64,000 bases of DNA from Vicinamibacteria bacterium (GCA_965199715.1 OZ241322.1:2080001-2144000); one strand, 5' to 3'. Positions 1 through 13,926 are shown, numbered from the stretch's first letter. Notes: generated by a model not told the origin, from the letters alone. Numbers and translations: made by a program.

Positions 1-558
1 GTACACCCCGACCGGCAGGTGCGTCCCGATCCGCTCGCCGGCGCGTCCGGTGGCGGCGAGCAGCTCCGGGTCCCACAGCGCGGTCATGTCCGGGAAGCGG
101 GGCTCCGGCCCGGGTTCGGGGCCGGTCAGCGGGCTCGCGCCGGTCAGGTTCAGTTGGTCGCGGATCCGGACGAAGTCCCCGACGGCGAGTTCCGGCGCGA
201 TCCCGCCGGTCGCCGCCGTGAGAACGAGCCGGCGCACGCCGAGCGCGGCGAGGAGCCGCACCGAGTACGTCGCGTCGTCGGGGCCGTGGCCCTCGTACAG
301 GTGGTGCCGGCCGAGCAGGATCGCGACCGGCTGCGGCCCGAGCTCGCCGACGATCAGCCGCGGCTGGTGTCCGGGCGCCGAGCACGGCGGACAGCCGGGG
401 ATCTGCTCGAACGGGAGAAACCGGGGATCCCGGACGTTCGCGGCCGCTCCGGCGAGCCCCGACCCGCACACGACCCCGAGCTTCGGGAAGCTCCCGTCGG
501 CCCACCGGCGGACCACCGGAACCGCGCGGTCGAGCCGCTCCCGCACTTCCCGCTTCAT
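1..558 (-). CDS. punA: Purine-nucleoside phosphorylase (3' end runs off the window)
   Basis: Hand translation from ATG 558: MKREVRERLDRAV...GVVCGSGLA...PGHQPRLIVG...GRHHLYEGH...LVLTAATGGI...RFPDMT, all PNP type I motifs. ATGA overlap with the nupC stop. Confidence 0.9.
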   Translation of the reverse strand, partial: MKREVRERLDRAVPVVRRWADGSFPKLGVVCGSGLAGAAANVRDPRFLPFEQIPGCPPCSAPGHQPRLIVGELGPQPVAILLGRHHLYEGHGPDDATYSVRLLAALGVRRLVLTAATGGIAPELAVGDFVRIRDQLNLTGASPLTGPEPGPEPRFPDMTALWDPELLAATGRAGERIGTHLPVGVY

Positions 559-1787
559 GAGCCTCCGAACAACATCCCCGCGAGCGTAGCCGTAAGCAGC
601 GTGGCGAGGGCGCCGCCGGCGAGCGCCCGCAGCCCCAGCCACGCGAGATCGCTCTTGCGTCCCGGCGCCAGGGCGCCGATCCCGCCGATCTGGATGCCCA
701 CCGAGCCGAGGTTGGCGAACCCGCACAGCGCGAAGGTGGCCATGAGTTCGGTGCGGGCCGAGAGCGAGCCCTCGCGGATCAGCTCGGCGAGGTCGAGGTA
801 CGCCACGAACTCGTTGAGGATGAGTTTCTTGCCGATGAGGCCGGCGAGCGCCGCCGCCTCGCCGGGAGGCGCTCCCATGAGCCACGCGAGCGGCGCGAGC
901 GCCCACCCGAGGATCCCGGTGAGCGACAGCCCGACGAGCCCGAGCGGAAGGTCGATCAGCGCGACGATGCTCAGGAACGCGATCACCATGGCGACCACGT
1001 TGATGACGAGGCGGATCCCGTCCGCGGCGCCCCGCGCCGCGGCGTCGATCACGTTCGCGTCCTGGCCGCCGCCGTGTTCGGAGCGGCCCGCAAGCATCTT
1101 CCGGGAGATCCGTCCGGCGGTCTCGGGCGTCGCGGTCTCGGGCACGATGATCTTGGCCATCATGAGGGCCGCCGGAGCGTTCACGAGGCTCGCCGCGAGA
1201 AGGAACTGCGAGTCCACGCCGAGCGCCACGTAGGCGGCGAGCATGCCGCCCGACACCGTGGCCATCCCCGAGACCATGACCGCGTGCAGCTCCGAGCGGG
1301 TCATCGACTCCAGGTAGGGGCGGATCACGAGCGGCGCCTCGGTCTGTCCCATGAACACGTTTGCGGCCGCGCTGAGCGTCTCGGCGCCGCTCGTTCCGAG
1401 CGTGCGCACCATCAACCGCGCCATTACCGCGACCACCGCCTGCAGGACGCCGAGGTAGTAGAGCACCGCGAACACCGACGCGACATAGACGATGGCCGGC
1501 AGCGCCGAGACCGCGAGGATGACCCCGAACCGCTCCCGGTCGGCGAGCGGCCCGAACAGCAGCTCGATCCCGGCGTTCGCCTGCGCGAGCGCGAGGTCCA
1601 CGAAGCCGGCGGCGGCCGCGAGCGCCGCCGCCCCGCCGCTCGTCCGGAGCACGAGAAAGGCGAAGACGACCTGCAGCCCGAGTCCCCAGGCGACCAGCTT
1701 CCACGGGAACCGCCGCCGGTCGGCGGAAATCGCCCACGCGATCCCGATCAGGACCGCGACGCCCACAAGCGGCAGCAACGCGGTCAC
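555..1787 (-). CDS. nupC: Concentrative Na+/H+ nucleoside transporter (CNT/NupC family)
   Basis: Motifs AAANVFMGQTEAPL, GMATVSG, KLILNEFVAY, FALCGFANLGS. Adjacent to PNP. Confidence 0.95.
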   Translation of the reverse strand: MTALLPLVGVAVLIGIAWAISADRRRFPWKLVAWGLGLQVVFAFLVLRTSGGAAALAAAAGFVDLALAQANAGIELLFGPLADRERFGVILAVSALPAIVYVASVFAVLYYLGVLQAVVAVMARLMVRTLGTSGAETLSAAANVFMGQTEAPLVIRPYLESMTRSELHAVMVSGMATVSGGMLAAYVALGVDSQFLLAASLVNAPAALMMAKIIVPETATPETAGRISRKMLAGRSEHGGGQDANVIDAAARGAADGIRLVINVVAMVIAFLSIVALIDLPLGLVGLSLTGILGWALAPLAWLMGAPPGEAAALAGLIGKKLILNEFVAYLDLAELIREGSLSARTELMATFALCGFANLGSVGIQIGGIGALAPGRKSDLAWLGLRALAGGALATLLTATLAGMLFGGS

Positions 1788-1954
1788 TCGTAGATCAGGA
1801 AGAGCAGCCAGCTTACGGCGAGTCCGCTGCCCATCAGCGCGGCGAACGTGAAGAGGCCGAACCGGATCCGCTCGGTGAGCCCGGTCCGCATCAGGCAGGC
1901 GAACGCCGGCGAGACGAACAGGGCGAACAGCGTCATGGCCACGAAGTGCAGCAT
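1784..1954 (-). CDS. Small 2-TM membrane protein (56 aa)
   Basis: MLHFVAMTLFALFVSPAFACLMRTGLTERIRFGLFTFAALMGSGLAVSWLLFLIYE. Start and stop overlap both neighbours (translational coupling). Confidence 0.7.
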   Translation of the reverse strand: MLHFVAMTLFALFVSPAFACLMRTGLTERIRFGLFTFAALMGSGLAVSWLLFLIYE

Positions 1955-2337
1955 CACTCGTCCCCGTTGGCGACGTCCCACGCCTGGAGCGCCGCGAGCA
2001 GGTTCAGGAGCCCGGCGGCGATCAGGAACCCATTTCCGTACTCGTAGCCGATCCCCGAGGGATCGCCCGCGCCGAACCCGAGCGCAGCGGCCGCGAAGCG
2101 CGGAAGGCCGATCCCCATCTCCGCAAGGCCGGCCGCCATGGCGAGCGGCGGCGCGCCGCCGACGGGGAAGAACTGACCCCCGAGCGCGAGCCCGGTGACG
2201 AACATGCCGCCGATCGAAGCGAGGAACGTGAGCCCGGCGCCGCGCCGGCCCAGAACCACGTGGCCGAGGCCCGGCAGGACGAGCGCGAGCGCCGTCGGAA
2301 TCGCCGGGTTTCCCCGTTCGGGAACGGCCTTGGGCAC
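1954..2337 (-). CDS. Membrane protein, DUF6677-like
   Basis: LVLPGLGHVVLGRRGAG...YEYGNGFLIAAGLLNLLA, hydrophobic. TAGACT -10-like box 8 nt before the GTG. Confidence 0.7.
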   Translation of the reverse strand: MPKAVPERGNPAIPTALALVLPGLGHVVLGRRGAGLTFLASIGGMFVTGLALGGQFFPVGGAPPLAMAAGLAEMGIGLPRFAAAALGFGAGDPSGIGYEYGNGFLIAAGLLNLLAALQAWDVANGDE

Positions 2338-2390
2338 GGCGGCGAAGTCTATCCACGGCCCCCGCCCCCGACTGCTAGGCTAGCCGCCCG

Positions 2391-3592
<1,202 letters not shown>

Positions 3593-3596
<4 letters not shown>

Positions 3597-4072
3597 CCGA
3601 GTCCGAACCGTCCCTTCCGCGCCTCGGCGGCGCGAGGGTCGCGATCGTCCATTCGGAGCGGGACGAACCGTCGGGGCGGCTCGCGGACGCCGCCGAGAAC
3701 TTCCTCCGCCGCGCCGGCGCGCGAGTGGAGCGCCATGCGGCCCCGGCGGCGTTCGAGGTGGCCCAGCTCGCGGACTGGATCGCTGCGGCGCGCGAGGCCG
3801 ACGGGATCGTCGCCTGCGCCGCGATCGTCCGCGGCGAGACCGCGCACGACCGCCACCTCGGCGCCGCCGTGACCGATTCGCTCCTTCGCACCGCCGTCCG
3901 CTGGCGGATTCCGGTCGGGAACGCCGTCCTCACCGTGGATTCGGCGGAACAGGCGGACGCTCGCTCGGGAGGCGCCAAGGGCAACCGCGGCGAGGACGCC
4001 GCCCGCGCCGTGGCCGCGCTCCTCGGCCGCCGCCCCGGGCCCTTGGGCGTGGATCTCGGCCCGCGGGCGTGA
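3593..4072 (+). CDS. ribH: 6,7-dimethyl-8-ribityllumazine synthase (divergent)
   Basis: AAFEVA, IVRGETAH, VLTVDSAEQADARSGGAKGNRG. Classic ribH-nusB linkage. GTG overlaps the thiolase stop. Confidence 0.85.
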
Positions 4073-4076
4073 CGCC

Positions 4077-4519
4077 ATGCACCCCAAGGAGGCGCGGGTC
4101 CGGCGCAAGGGCCGTCAGCTCGCCGTCCAGATGCTCGCTTCGTGGGCCGCGAACCCGGCCCCGCCGGAAGCCACCATCGCCCGGGTGCACGAGTTGACCC
4201 GGTCCAACGCGAAGAGCCTCGCGTTCGCCGCCGAGCTGGCCAACGGGGCGTGGGCCCGCCTCGACGAGATCGACGCCCGGGTGCGCGGGGTCACGACCCC
4301 GTTCTGGCGCGAGAACATCGGCCTCGTCGAGATGAGCGTGCTCCGCGTCGCGGTCGCGGAGCTGCTGGCGGGCGCGGTTTCGCCGCGCGTGGTCATGTCC
4401 GAGTTCATCGACATCGGTCGGGCGCTCTCGACCGACCGCGCCGCGCCCTTCATCAACGCCGTCCTCGACAGCGTGCTCAAGGGCCTCTCCGACCCGCCGC
4501 CGGAGCCGGAGCCGCAGCC

Positions 4520-4523
<4 letters not shown>
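4077..4523 (+). CDS. nusB: Transcription antitermination factor NusB
   Basis: RRKGRQLAVQML...VEMSVLRVAVAEL...FINAVLD. Confidence 0.9.
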
Positions 4524-6003
<1,480 letters not shown>

Positions 6004-6007
<4 letters not shown>

Positions 6008-7260
6008 AGGGGACCCTCTCCCGGCTCGGGGGCGCCCTTCCGTTCGAGCTCCAGATCGCGCTGCGCTACCTCGTGCTGCGGCGCGCCGGCCTCTTCGTTT
6101 CGGTGCTCTCGGCGATCTCCACGATCGGCGTGATCCTCGGCGTGGCCATCCTGCTGGTCGCGCTCGCGCTCATGAACGGCTTCCAGGGTGAGCTGCGCGC
6201 CCGCATCCTCGGAGCGCTGTCCCACCTCGTGGTCCAGGACGTGTCCGCGAGCGGTTTCGCCGACCACGAGCAGGCGATCCTCGACCTGGAGACCGTGGAG
6301 GGCGTCGAGGCCGCCGCCCCGGTCATCTACGGGAACGCGCTCGCGATGGGGAGGGGCGAGGCGCTCGTCACCTTCAAGGGCGTGGACCCCGCGCGGGAGC
6401 CCCGGGTCAGCGAGTTCGCGTCGCGCATGACCTCGGGCGACTTCGGCGCGCTCGCCGGGGAGGATCCGGACCGCGACCCGCCGTTGATCTTCGGCGAGGA
6501 GCTCGCGCTCCGGATGGGAGTGACCCTCGGCGACCCGGTGCGCCTGCTCACGCCGGAGGGGCGGCTGAGCCCGATCGGCAACATTCCGCAGAGCCGCCGA
6601 TTCGAGGTCGCCGGGACGTTCCGGCTCGGCCTTTACGAATACGACAACTCGTGGGCGCTGGTCCCGCTTGCCGACGCCCGCCGGCTGGCCGGGGTCACCG
6701 GCGAGGCGAGCCACCTCGAGGTGCGCCTGACCGACATGTTCGCGGTCCGCGAAATCGAGACGGCGGCGAGGGAGCGCCTCGGTGGGGGGTACGCCTTCCT
6801 CAACTGGATCGACATGAACACGACGCTGTTCTCCGCGTTCTGGCTCGAGAAGCTCGCGACCGCGCTGTTCGTCGGGTTCATTATCGGCGTCGCCGCGCTC
6901 AACATCGTCGCCGGCCAGATCGTCACCGTGACCGAGAAGACGCGCGACATCGCGGTCCTGCGCTCCATGGGCGCGACCCGGCGGAGCGTCCTCGCGCTGT
7001 TCATGGCGCAGGGAGCGTTCATCGGCGTTGCCGGGACCGGGCTCGGGGCGGCGCTCGGGATCCTCGCCACGCGGATTCTGGACGGGCGCATCCGCATCCC
7101 CGAGGACGTGTACCAGATCACCGCGGTGCCCTTCACCCTGCTCCCGACCGACCTCGGGCTGGTCTGCCTCTTCGCCCCGATCGTCTGCTTCGTCGCGACG
7201 ATCTTCCCGGCGCGCCGGGCCGCCGCGCTCGTCGTGACCGACGGGCTGCGCTTCCAGTGA
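6004..7260 (+). CDS. lolC: Lipoprotein-releasing ABC transporter permease LolC/E
   Basis: FELQIALRYL, ALMNGFQ, EKTRDIAVLRSMGA, FPARRAA. Followed by lolD. Confidence 0.9.
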
Positions 7261-7955
7261 GCCTCGCCGTCCGCGCCAGGGGCCTCGCCCGGGGGTTCAC
7301 GACGAAGGCCGGGCGTATCCGCGTCCTCGAGGGACTCGACCTCGACGTGCGGCGGGGCGAGATGGTCGCGATCGTCGGCCGCAGCGGGGTCGGGAAGACG
7401 ACGCTGCTCCACATGCTCGGGGCGCTCGAGCTTCCCGAGGACGGCGACCTGCGCCTGCTGGGAGAATCGGTCGGCTCGCTGTCCGAGGTGGACGCCGCCC
7501 GCTTCCGAAACCGCCGCATCGGCTTCGTCTTCCAGCACCACCGTCTCCTCCCCGAGTTCACCGCCGCCGAGAACGTGGCCATGCCGCTTCGGATCCGCCG
7601 GACGCCCCGCGCCGCCGCCGAAAGCCGCGCGCAGGAACTCCTCGCCGAACTCGGCCTCGCCGATCGCGCGGGCCACCGGCCCGAAGAGCTGAGCGGCGGC
7701 GAGCAGCAGCGGACCGCGGTCGCCCGCGCGCTCGCGGCGAGCCCCGGCCTGCTCCTCGCCGACGAGCCCACGGGCAATCTCGACGACGCGGCCAGCGCCG
7801 CGCTCGTGGACCTTCTGATCGCGCAGCACCGCTCCCGCGAACTGACTTCGATCATCGCCACCCACAACCCGGCCGTCGCCGATCGGTGCGACCGCGTGCT
7901 CCGTCTCGAGGCCGGCCGGCTGCGTCCGACCGGCGGCGCCGGCGCGGGCTGCTAA
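7257..7955 (+). CDS. lolD: Lipoprotein-releasing ABC transporter ATPase
   Basis: GRSGVGKTT, GFVFQHHRLLPEFTA, LSGGEQQR, LADEPTGNLD. Confidence 0.9.
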   Translation: MSLAVRARGLARGFTTKAGRIRVLEGLDLDVRRGEMVAIVGRSGVGKTTLLHMLGALELPEDGDLRLLGESVGSLSEVDAARFRNRRIGFVFQHHRLLPEFTAAENVAMPLRIRRTPRAAAESRAQELLAELGLADRAGHRPEELSGGEQQRTAVARALAASPGLLLADEPTGNLDDAASAALVDLLIAQHRSRELTSIIATHNPAVADRCDRVLRLEAGRLRPTGGAGAGC

Positions 7956-7989
7956 ATTCCAAGAGGGCTCCGGCGAACCGGGAGAGTCG

Positions 7990-10416
7990 ATGTTCGAGAG
8001 GTACACCGAGCGAGCGAAGCGGGTCATCTTCTTCGCCCGTTACGAAGCGGCGCAGCTCGGCTCCGAGGCGATGGAGTCCGAGCACGTCCTGCTCGGCCTG
8101 CTCCGGGACGGGAGCGACAAGGGCATCTGCGGGCGGATCTTCAAGCGCGCCGAGCTGACCGCGGACACGGTGCGCCGCGAGGTGATGCGCCAGGCGATGC
8201 TGCGCGACCGGGTCTCCGCGTCGGTGGAGATCCCGCTGTCCGCCGAGTGCCGCCGGGTGCTCAACCACGCCGAAGAAGAAACCGAGCGGATGGGCCACTC
8301 CGCGGTCGGCCCCGAGCACATCCTGCTGGGCGTCCTGCGCGAGGCGAGTTCCTCGGCCGCCCGCATCCTCGCCCGCCACGGCGTGCGCGCCGCCGTCATC
8401 CGCGAGGCGTTCTCGACCGAGACCCGCAAGCCGCGAAACCCCGAGCCGGCTCCGGGGGCGCCGCTGCTCGCCGAGTACGCGGTGGACCTCACCGAGGCCG
8501 CCGCCGAGGGCAAGCTGGATCCGCTCGTCGGCCGCGAGGAGGAGATGGACCGGGTGATCCAGATCCTCTGCCGGCGCGCCAAGAACAACCCGGTGCTCAT
8601 CGGCGAGCCGGGGATCGGCAAGACCGCGATCGTGGAGGGGCTCGCCGCCCGCATCGCGTCCGGCGCATGCCCGATCTTCCTCGAGGGGAGGCGGATTCTC
8701 TCGCTCGACCTCTCGCTGGTGGTCGCCGGCACGAAGTACCGGGGGCAGTTCGAGGAGCGGCTGAAGACGATCATCCGCGAGCTCCGGGAGTCCCCGGAGA
8801 ACATCATCTTCGTGGACGAGCTCCACACCCTGATCGGCGCCGGGTCCGCCGAGGGATCGCTGGACGCCGCCAACATCCTGAAGCCGGCGCTGTCCCGCGA
8901 CGGCGTCCAGTGCATCGGCGCGACCACCCCGGCCGAGTTCCGTCGGCACATCGAGCGCGACCGCAGCCTCGAGCGGCGCTTCCAGGCCGTCACGGTGAAG
9001 CCGCCGACCGAGGAGGAGACGCTCGCGATCCTCGGCGGCGTCCGCGAGCGCTACGAGCGCTTCCACCACGTCGCCTACTCGGACGAGGCCCTGGAGGCCG
9101 CGGTCCGCCAGGCCGAGCGGTACGTCACCGACCGGTTCCTTCCCGACAAGTCGGTGGATCTGCTCGACGAGGCCGGGGCGCGGGTGAAGCTCCGCGACAA
9201 CCCGTGGTCCCCCCAGTTCCGCGAGATCCGCGGACGCATCTCGGAGATCCGGCTGCGCAAGGACGCGGCGCTGCGGGGCGACGACCTCGAGCGGGCGTCG
9301 CTCGCGCAGGACGAGGAGAACGCCGAGCGGCGCAGCCTCGGCCGCGTGGTGAGCAGCTTCGAGGCCCGCGACGAGGAGCCGTCGAGGGTCGTGCGGGAGG
9401 ACATCGACGAGGTGATCGCCGACTGGACGGGCATCCCGCTCGCGTCCATCGCCGAGGACGAGACCCGCAAGCTGCTGCGCATGGAGGACGTGCTCCACGA
9501 GCGCGTCGTCGGCCAGGACGCCGCCGTGGCCGAAGTGGCGCGGGCCGTCCGCCGGGCGCGGGCCGGGATCAAGAGCCCGCTCCGGCCGGGCGGCGTCTTC
9601 CTCTTCCTAGGCCCCACCGGGGTCGGCAAGACCGAGGTGGCCCGCACGCTCGCCGAGGTGCTCCTCGGAACCGAAACCTCGCTCCTGCGTTTCGACATGA
9701 GCGAGTACATGGAGCGCCATTCGGTTTCCCGGTTCATCGGGTCGCCTCCCGGCTACGTCGGCCACGAGGACGGCGGACACCTGACCGAGCGCGTCCGGCG
9801 GAACGCGTATTGCGTCCTCCTGCTCGACGAGATCGAGAAGGCGCACCCGGACGTCTGGAACCTGCTGCTGCAGGTGTTCGAGGACGGGCGCCTCACCGAC
9901 GGTCTCGGCAACACCGTGGACTTCCGCAACGCGATGATCGTGATGACCTCGAACCTCGGGGCGCGGGTCATCCAGAAGGAGGCCGCGGTCGGGTTCGGGG
10001 CGCCGGGCGCGGAGGCGAGCCGCAAGGCGATGCGCGACCTGATCCAGGGCGAGGTCCGCCGCGCCTTCACCCCCGAGTTCGTGAATCGGCTGGACGCCAC
10101 CGTCGTGTTCGACCCGCTCGACGACGGGGATCTGGTAGAGATCCTGCGCCGCATGGTCGCCCGGATGAACCGGGATCTCGCCCACCGCCGCCTCACCGTG
10201 GTTCTCTCCGCCGAGGCCGAGGCGTTCCTGATCGAGTCCACCCGGAGCGAGCGGAACTACGGCGCCCGGCCGCTCCGCCGGGCGCTGCAGCGCCACGTCG
10301 AGGATCCGCTCGCCGAAGCCCTCCTCGAGGGCCGGGTCGGAGCCTCCGGTCCCGTCGAAATCGTCATCGCCGACGGCGTTCCCGCCGTCCGCCAAATGGA
10401 GGAAGCCCTCGTCTGA
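7990..10416 (+). CDS. clpC: ATP-dependent Clp protease ATP-binding subunit (ClpC type)
   Basis: [20 protein letters not shown] Clp-N repeats, two Walker A motifs ([16 protein letters not shown]), YGARPLRR. Confidence 0.93.
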   Translation: MFERYTERAKRVIFFARYEAAQLGSEAMESEHVLLGLLRDGSDKGICGRIFKRAELTADTVRREVMRQAMLRDRVSASVEIPLSAECRRVLNHAEEETERMGHSAVGPEHILLGVLREASSSAARILARHGVRAAVIREAFSTETRKPRNPEPAPGAPLLAEYAVDLTEAAAEGKLDPLVGREEEMDRVIQILCRRAKNNPVLIGEPGIGKTAIVEGLAARIASGACPIFLEGRRILSLDLSLVVAGTKYRGQFEERLKTIIRELRESPENIIFVDELHTLIGAGSAEGSLDAANILKPALSRDGVQCIGATTPAEFRRHIERDRSLERRFQAVTVKPPTEEETLAILGGVRERYERFHHVAYSDEALEAAVRQAERYVTDRFLPDKSVDLLDEAGARVKLRDNPWSPQFREIRGRISEIRLRKDAALRGDDLERASLAQDEENAERRSLGRVVSSFEARDEEPSRVVREDIDEVIADWTGIPLASIAEDETRKLLRMEDVLHERVVGQDAAVAEVARAVRRARAGIKSPLRPGGVFLFLGPTGVGKTEVARTLAEVLLGTETSLLRFDMSEYMERHSVSRFIGSPPGYVGHEDGGHLTERVRRNAYCVLLLDEIEKAHPDVWNLLLQVFEDGRLTDGLGNTVDFRNAMIVMTSNLGARVIQKEAAVGFGAPGAEASRKAMRDLIQGEVRRAFTPEFVNRLDATVVFDPLDDGDLVEILRRMVARMNRDLAHRRLTVVLSAEAEAFLIESTRSERNYGARPLRRALQRHVEDPLAEALLEGRVGASGPVEIVIADGVPAVRQMEEALV

Positions 10417-12824
10417 TGCGATCCCGTCCGATCCCGTCCGTTCTCGCCGCGCTGCTGCTGACCGCGGCGGCGTCCGCGCAGACCCCCGAAACCATCGAGG
10501 AGGTGCGGATCGAAGGCAACGACCTCATCGCCGACGACGCCTGGATGGCCCACCTCACCGTCGCGGCCGGCGACCCGCTGGACCGGGAGGCGCTGCGCGC
10601 CGAGTTCCGCAATCTGTGGGACACCGGCTTCGCCGACGACCTCCGGGTGGAGCTGCGGCCCGGGACCCGCGGCGGCCGGGTCGTGGTCTTCGTGGTGAGC
10701 GAACGGCCCCGGGTGGCCGCGCTCGAGTTCCGCGGCTCCGAGGAGCTCGATGACGACGACATCCTCGAGAAGCTCGAGGAGGAGGACGCGCTCATCCAGG
10801 TGGGCGCGCCCTACAACCCGCAGCTCGTGGTCCGCGCCCGCGACCTCATCGAGACGATGCTGGTGGACAAGGGCCGCACCGAGGGCGCGGTCTCGAGCGA
10901 CATCCAGCCGGTCGAGAGCGGCGTGCGGATCGCCTTCGACATCCGCGACGAGCAGCAGGTGCGCATCCGCCGGATCCGCTTCGAGGCGATCGAGGCAATC
11001 GACGACTGGACCCTGCGCTGGGCCATGAAGAAGACCCGCGAGAGCCACACGCTCGGTTCGGTCCTCGGCGGCACCACGTACACCTCGGAGACCTACGCCG
11101 AGGACATCGAGGCGGTGCGCCAGGAATACCTGAAGCAGGGGTATCTGGACGTCTCGTTCGGCCCGCCGGAGTTCGCGTACGAGGACGGCACCTCGCGGAC
11201 TTTCGTCTTCTGGGAACGGGATCGCCGCTGGATGGACATCACCATCCCGGTGTTCGAGGGCGAGCCCTACCGGGTGGGGGAGGTCTCCGTCGAGGGGGCC
11301 GAGGTCTTCCCGGCCGACTTCCTCCGGGGCTTCTTCGACCTCCAGGCCGGGGACGTGTACGACGAGTCGCTCGTGACCGAGGGCTTCGATTCGCTGCGCG
11401 AGATCTACGGCGCGCGCGGCTACGTCCAGTTCACCGGGTTCCCCACGTGGCGCCGCCACGAGGACGAGAAGGTCGTGGACGTCACGCTGAACCTGGCCGA
11501 GGAGGACCAGTTCCTCGTGAACCGGATCGAGTTCCGCGGCAACTCGACGACCAAGGACCGCGTGATCCGCCGCGAGATGTGGCTGAACGAGCGGGACATC
11601 ATGAACATGGAGCTGCTCAAGGCCTCCATCCAGCGGATCAACCAGCTCGGCTACTTCCGCCCGATCGAGCAGCCCGACATCCAGCCGAGCGACGACGACG
11701 CCACCCGGCTCGACATCACGCTCGACCTCGTCGAGGAGAACCGCAACCAGCTCACCTTCGGGGCGGGCGTGTCCGGGCTGGAGGGCTTCTTCGGGAACGC
11801 CTCGTTCGGGACGACCAACTTCCTCGGGCGCGGCGAGACCGCGAATTTCACGGTCCAGTACGGCCAGCGCACCCAGAACTACCAGATCGCGATCACCGAT
11901 CCCTACTTCATGGACAAGCCGGTCACCCTCGGCTTCGACGTGTTCAGCCGGGTGCTGAAGCTGCCCGAGTTCACCCGGGAGGACATCGGCGGGCGGCTCA
12001 TCTTCGGCCTGCCGGTGGGGCGCTGGTCCCGCGCGTTCTTCAACTACGGGTACTCGATCATCTCCATCGGCGAACCCGACCCGAACATCAACCTCACGAT
12101 CTACGACCTCTACTACAACAGCGCCTACCTCGACCCCCGCTTCTACGGCCTGTCGGGGAACTTCCGCGAAAGCAAGGTCAGCCCGTCGTTCGTGTACAAC
12201 ACGGTGAACCACCCGATCTTCCCGAGCACGGGCCGGAAGCTGACCGTGGGCCTCGACGTGGCCGGCGGCGCGCTCGGCGGCAACGTCCACTACTACAAGC
12301 CCACCGTGGAGGCCGTCTTCCACACCGAGGTGATCGGCGCCACCTCGCTCGGCATGCGGGTGATGGGCAGCTACCTCCACGGCTACGGCGGGGGCGATCC
12401 TCCGGCCGGCGAGCCCATCGACATCTTCGACGTGGAACAGACCGGCGTTCCGTACTACAACCGGTTCTTCCTCGGCGGCGAGTACCAGTTGCGCGGCTAT
12501 TACATCCGTTCGGTGGGCCCCCGCAACGCCAACGGGCAGCTCCTCGGCGGCAACAAGATGCTGCTGTTCAACGCCGAGTACGCGATCCCGCTGGCGGGGC
12601 CGCTGCGCGCCATCCTCTTCTTCGACGCCGGCAACGCCTTCGCCGAGGAGACGGCGTGGGGCCTCTCGATGCTCAACCAGTTCCGCACCTCGACCGGCAT
12701 CGAGATGCGGGTGTTCATCCCCATGCTCAACGTGCCGTTCCGCCTTATCTTCGCGTACAATCCGCACCGCGATTACTACCATCGGCCCACGGCCTTCGTC
12801 TTCGGGATCGGCACGACGTTCTAG
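10416..12824 (+). CDS. bamA: Outer membrane protein assembly factor BamA
   Basis: Signal peptide, POTRA repeats (IEFRGNSTTKDRVIRRE), FFLGGEYQLRGY, C-terminal Phe (GTTF). Confidence 0.95.
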   Translation: MRSRPIPSVLAALLLTAAASAQTPETIEEVRIEGNDLIADDAWMAHLTVAAGDPLDREALRAEFRNLWDTGFADDLRVELRPGTRGGRVVVFVVSERPRVAALEFRGSEELDDDDILEKLEEEDALIQVGAPYNPQLVVRARDLIETMLVDKGRTEGAVSSDIQPVESGVRIAFDIRDEQQVRIRRIRFEAIEAIDDWTLRWAMKKTRESHTLGSVLGGTTYTSETYAEDIEAVRQEYLKQGYLDVSFGPPEFAYEDGTSRTFVFWERDRRWMDITIPVFEGEPYRVGEVSVEGAEVFPADFLRGFFDLQAGDVYDESLVTEGFDSLREIYGARGYVQFTGFPTWRRHEDEKVVDVTLNLAEEDQFLVNRIEFRGNSTTKDRVIRREMWLNERDIMNMELLKASIQRINQLGYFRPIEQPDIQPSDDDATRLDITLDLVEENRNQLTFGAGVSGLEGFFGNASFGTTNFLGRGETANFTVQYGQRTQNYQIAITDPYFMDKPVTLGFDVFSRVLKLPEFTREDIGGRLIFGLPVGRWSRAFFNYGYSIISIGEPDPNINLTIYDLYYNSAYLDPRFYGLSGNFRESKVSPSFVYNTVNHPIFPSTGRKLTVGLDVAGGALGGNVHYYKPTVEAVFHTEVIGATSLGMRVMGSYLHGYGGGDPPAGEPIDIFDVEQTGVPYYNRFFLGGEYQLRGYYIRSVGPRNANGQLLGGNKMLLFNAEYAIPLAGPLRAILFFDAGNAFAEETAWGLSMLNQFRTSTGIEMRVFIPMLNVPFRLIFAYNPHRDYYHRPTAFVFGIGTTF

Positions 12825-12926
12825 GCCAAGGCGTCTAGACTGACGGGCGCGGCTCCGGGCGCCGGGGTCGACGACGCCCGGCGCGTCGCCAGGGAAGCCA
12901 CAGCCACTCCAGGAGCCACAGGAATC

Positions 12927-13475
12927 ATGAATTCGCCAATTCGCCGCCGGCTGGGCGCCGCCATGCTCGCGGCGGCCTTCGCTCCGCTGCCGGCGTTCGC
13001 CCAGTCCGTTCCGACGCGCATCGCCGTCATCGACATCGACCGCATCGCCCAGGAGTCGGCCAAGGGGCAGGAGCTGATCGCCACGCTCCAGTCGCTCCAG
13101 GAGCAGGTCGGTCGCGAGCGGCAGACCCGCGAGCAGGAGATCGCCGACCTGAACGCCCGGGCGCAGTCCCAGCTGCTCTCCGCGGAGGCGCGGGCGGACA
13201 TGGCCCGCGACCTCGAACGGAAGCAGACCGACCTGCAGCGGTGGCTCGAGGACCAGCAGCGCGACTTCAACGAGCGCCAGACCCAGGGGTTCGCCCAGCT
13301 CGAGGCCGAGCTCGGGCCCGTCGTGGAGCGGGTGGCGCTCGAACAGCAGATCCAGCTCATCTTTCGGGTGACGCCCGGGCTGACTTTCATCATGGATCCG
13401 GCGCTCGACATCTCCGACGAGGTCATCGAGAAGTTCAACGCGTCGAGCGGCGGCGGCGCGGCGGAGCAGGGGTAG
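12927..13475 (+). CDS. skp: OmpH/Skp periplasmic chaperone
   Basis: Signal peptide, RIAVIDIDRI, coiled coil, LDISDEVI. Downstream of bamA. Confidence 0.9.
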   Translation: MNSPIRRRLGAAMLAAAFAPLPAFAQSVPTRIAVIDIDRIAQESAKGQELIATLQSLQEQVGRERQTREQEIADLNARAQSQLLSAEARADMARDLERKQTDLQRWLEDQQRDFNERQTQGFAQLEAELGPVVERVALEQQIQLIFRVTPGLTFIMDPALDISDEVIEKFNASSGGGAAEQG

Positions 13476-13489
13476 CCCGACCCCGGGCC

Positions 13490-13864
13490 GTGCTCGACCG
13501 CATCCTCGAGGTCGATCCGGGAGACGACGCCCGCCCGGCCCGCATCCTCGCCGTGCGCCGGTTCCCGGCGTCCGAGCCGTTCTTCAAGGGCCACTTCCCG
13601 GACCTTCCGGTCGTGCCCGGCGTTCTCAGCCTTGAGGCCATGGTCGCGGCCGCCCGCCGGTTGCTCTCCGAAATCCGTCCCGAGACCCTGGCGTGGCGCC
13701 TCGCGCGGGTCGGGAGCGTGCGGTTCCGCCGCCCCGCCGGCCCGGGCGGCGAGCTGGAGTTCGAGGTGACCGCCGCCGGCCCCGAGGGTTGCTTCGCCGC
13801 CGTCGCCCGCCTTGCCGGAAAGACTGCGGTGGAAGCGGATTTCGAGCTCCGGCCCGCCGTCTGA
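13490..13864 (+). CDS. fabZ: 3-hydroxyacyl-ACP dehydratase FabZ-like (start uncertain, N-terminus short)
   Basis: LDRIL...EPFFKGHFPDLPVVPGVLSLEAM...VRFRRP. Position after skp. Confidence 0.75.
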   Translation: MLDRILEVDPGDDARPARILAVRRFPASEPFFKGHFPDLPVVPGVLSLEAMVAAARRLLSEIRPETLAWRLARVGSVRFRRPAGPGGELEFEVTAAGPEGCFAAVARLAGKTAVEADFELRPAV

Positions 13865-13926
13865 ACCCTCCGGCCGCGCCTGATTCGGGCTGCTAGGGTA
13901 CGAACCTTGCCTTCGCAGCGACCAGC

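Noticed and set aside
8247-12824. 1525-aa ORF and similar long N-terminal extensions or antisense ORFs (e.g. 18263..21856, 54027..57536, 40056..42500)
   Set aside because: High-GC shadow frames rich in Arg/Pro/Gly/Ala. Only the portions with family motifs were kept.
12825-12926. Hairpin and AGCCAC triplet upstream of skp as an ncRNA or riboswitch
   Set aside because: GC-rich stems are expected by chance here and it matches no family I recognise. Probably a promoter (TAGACT) plus 5' UTR.
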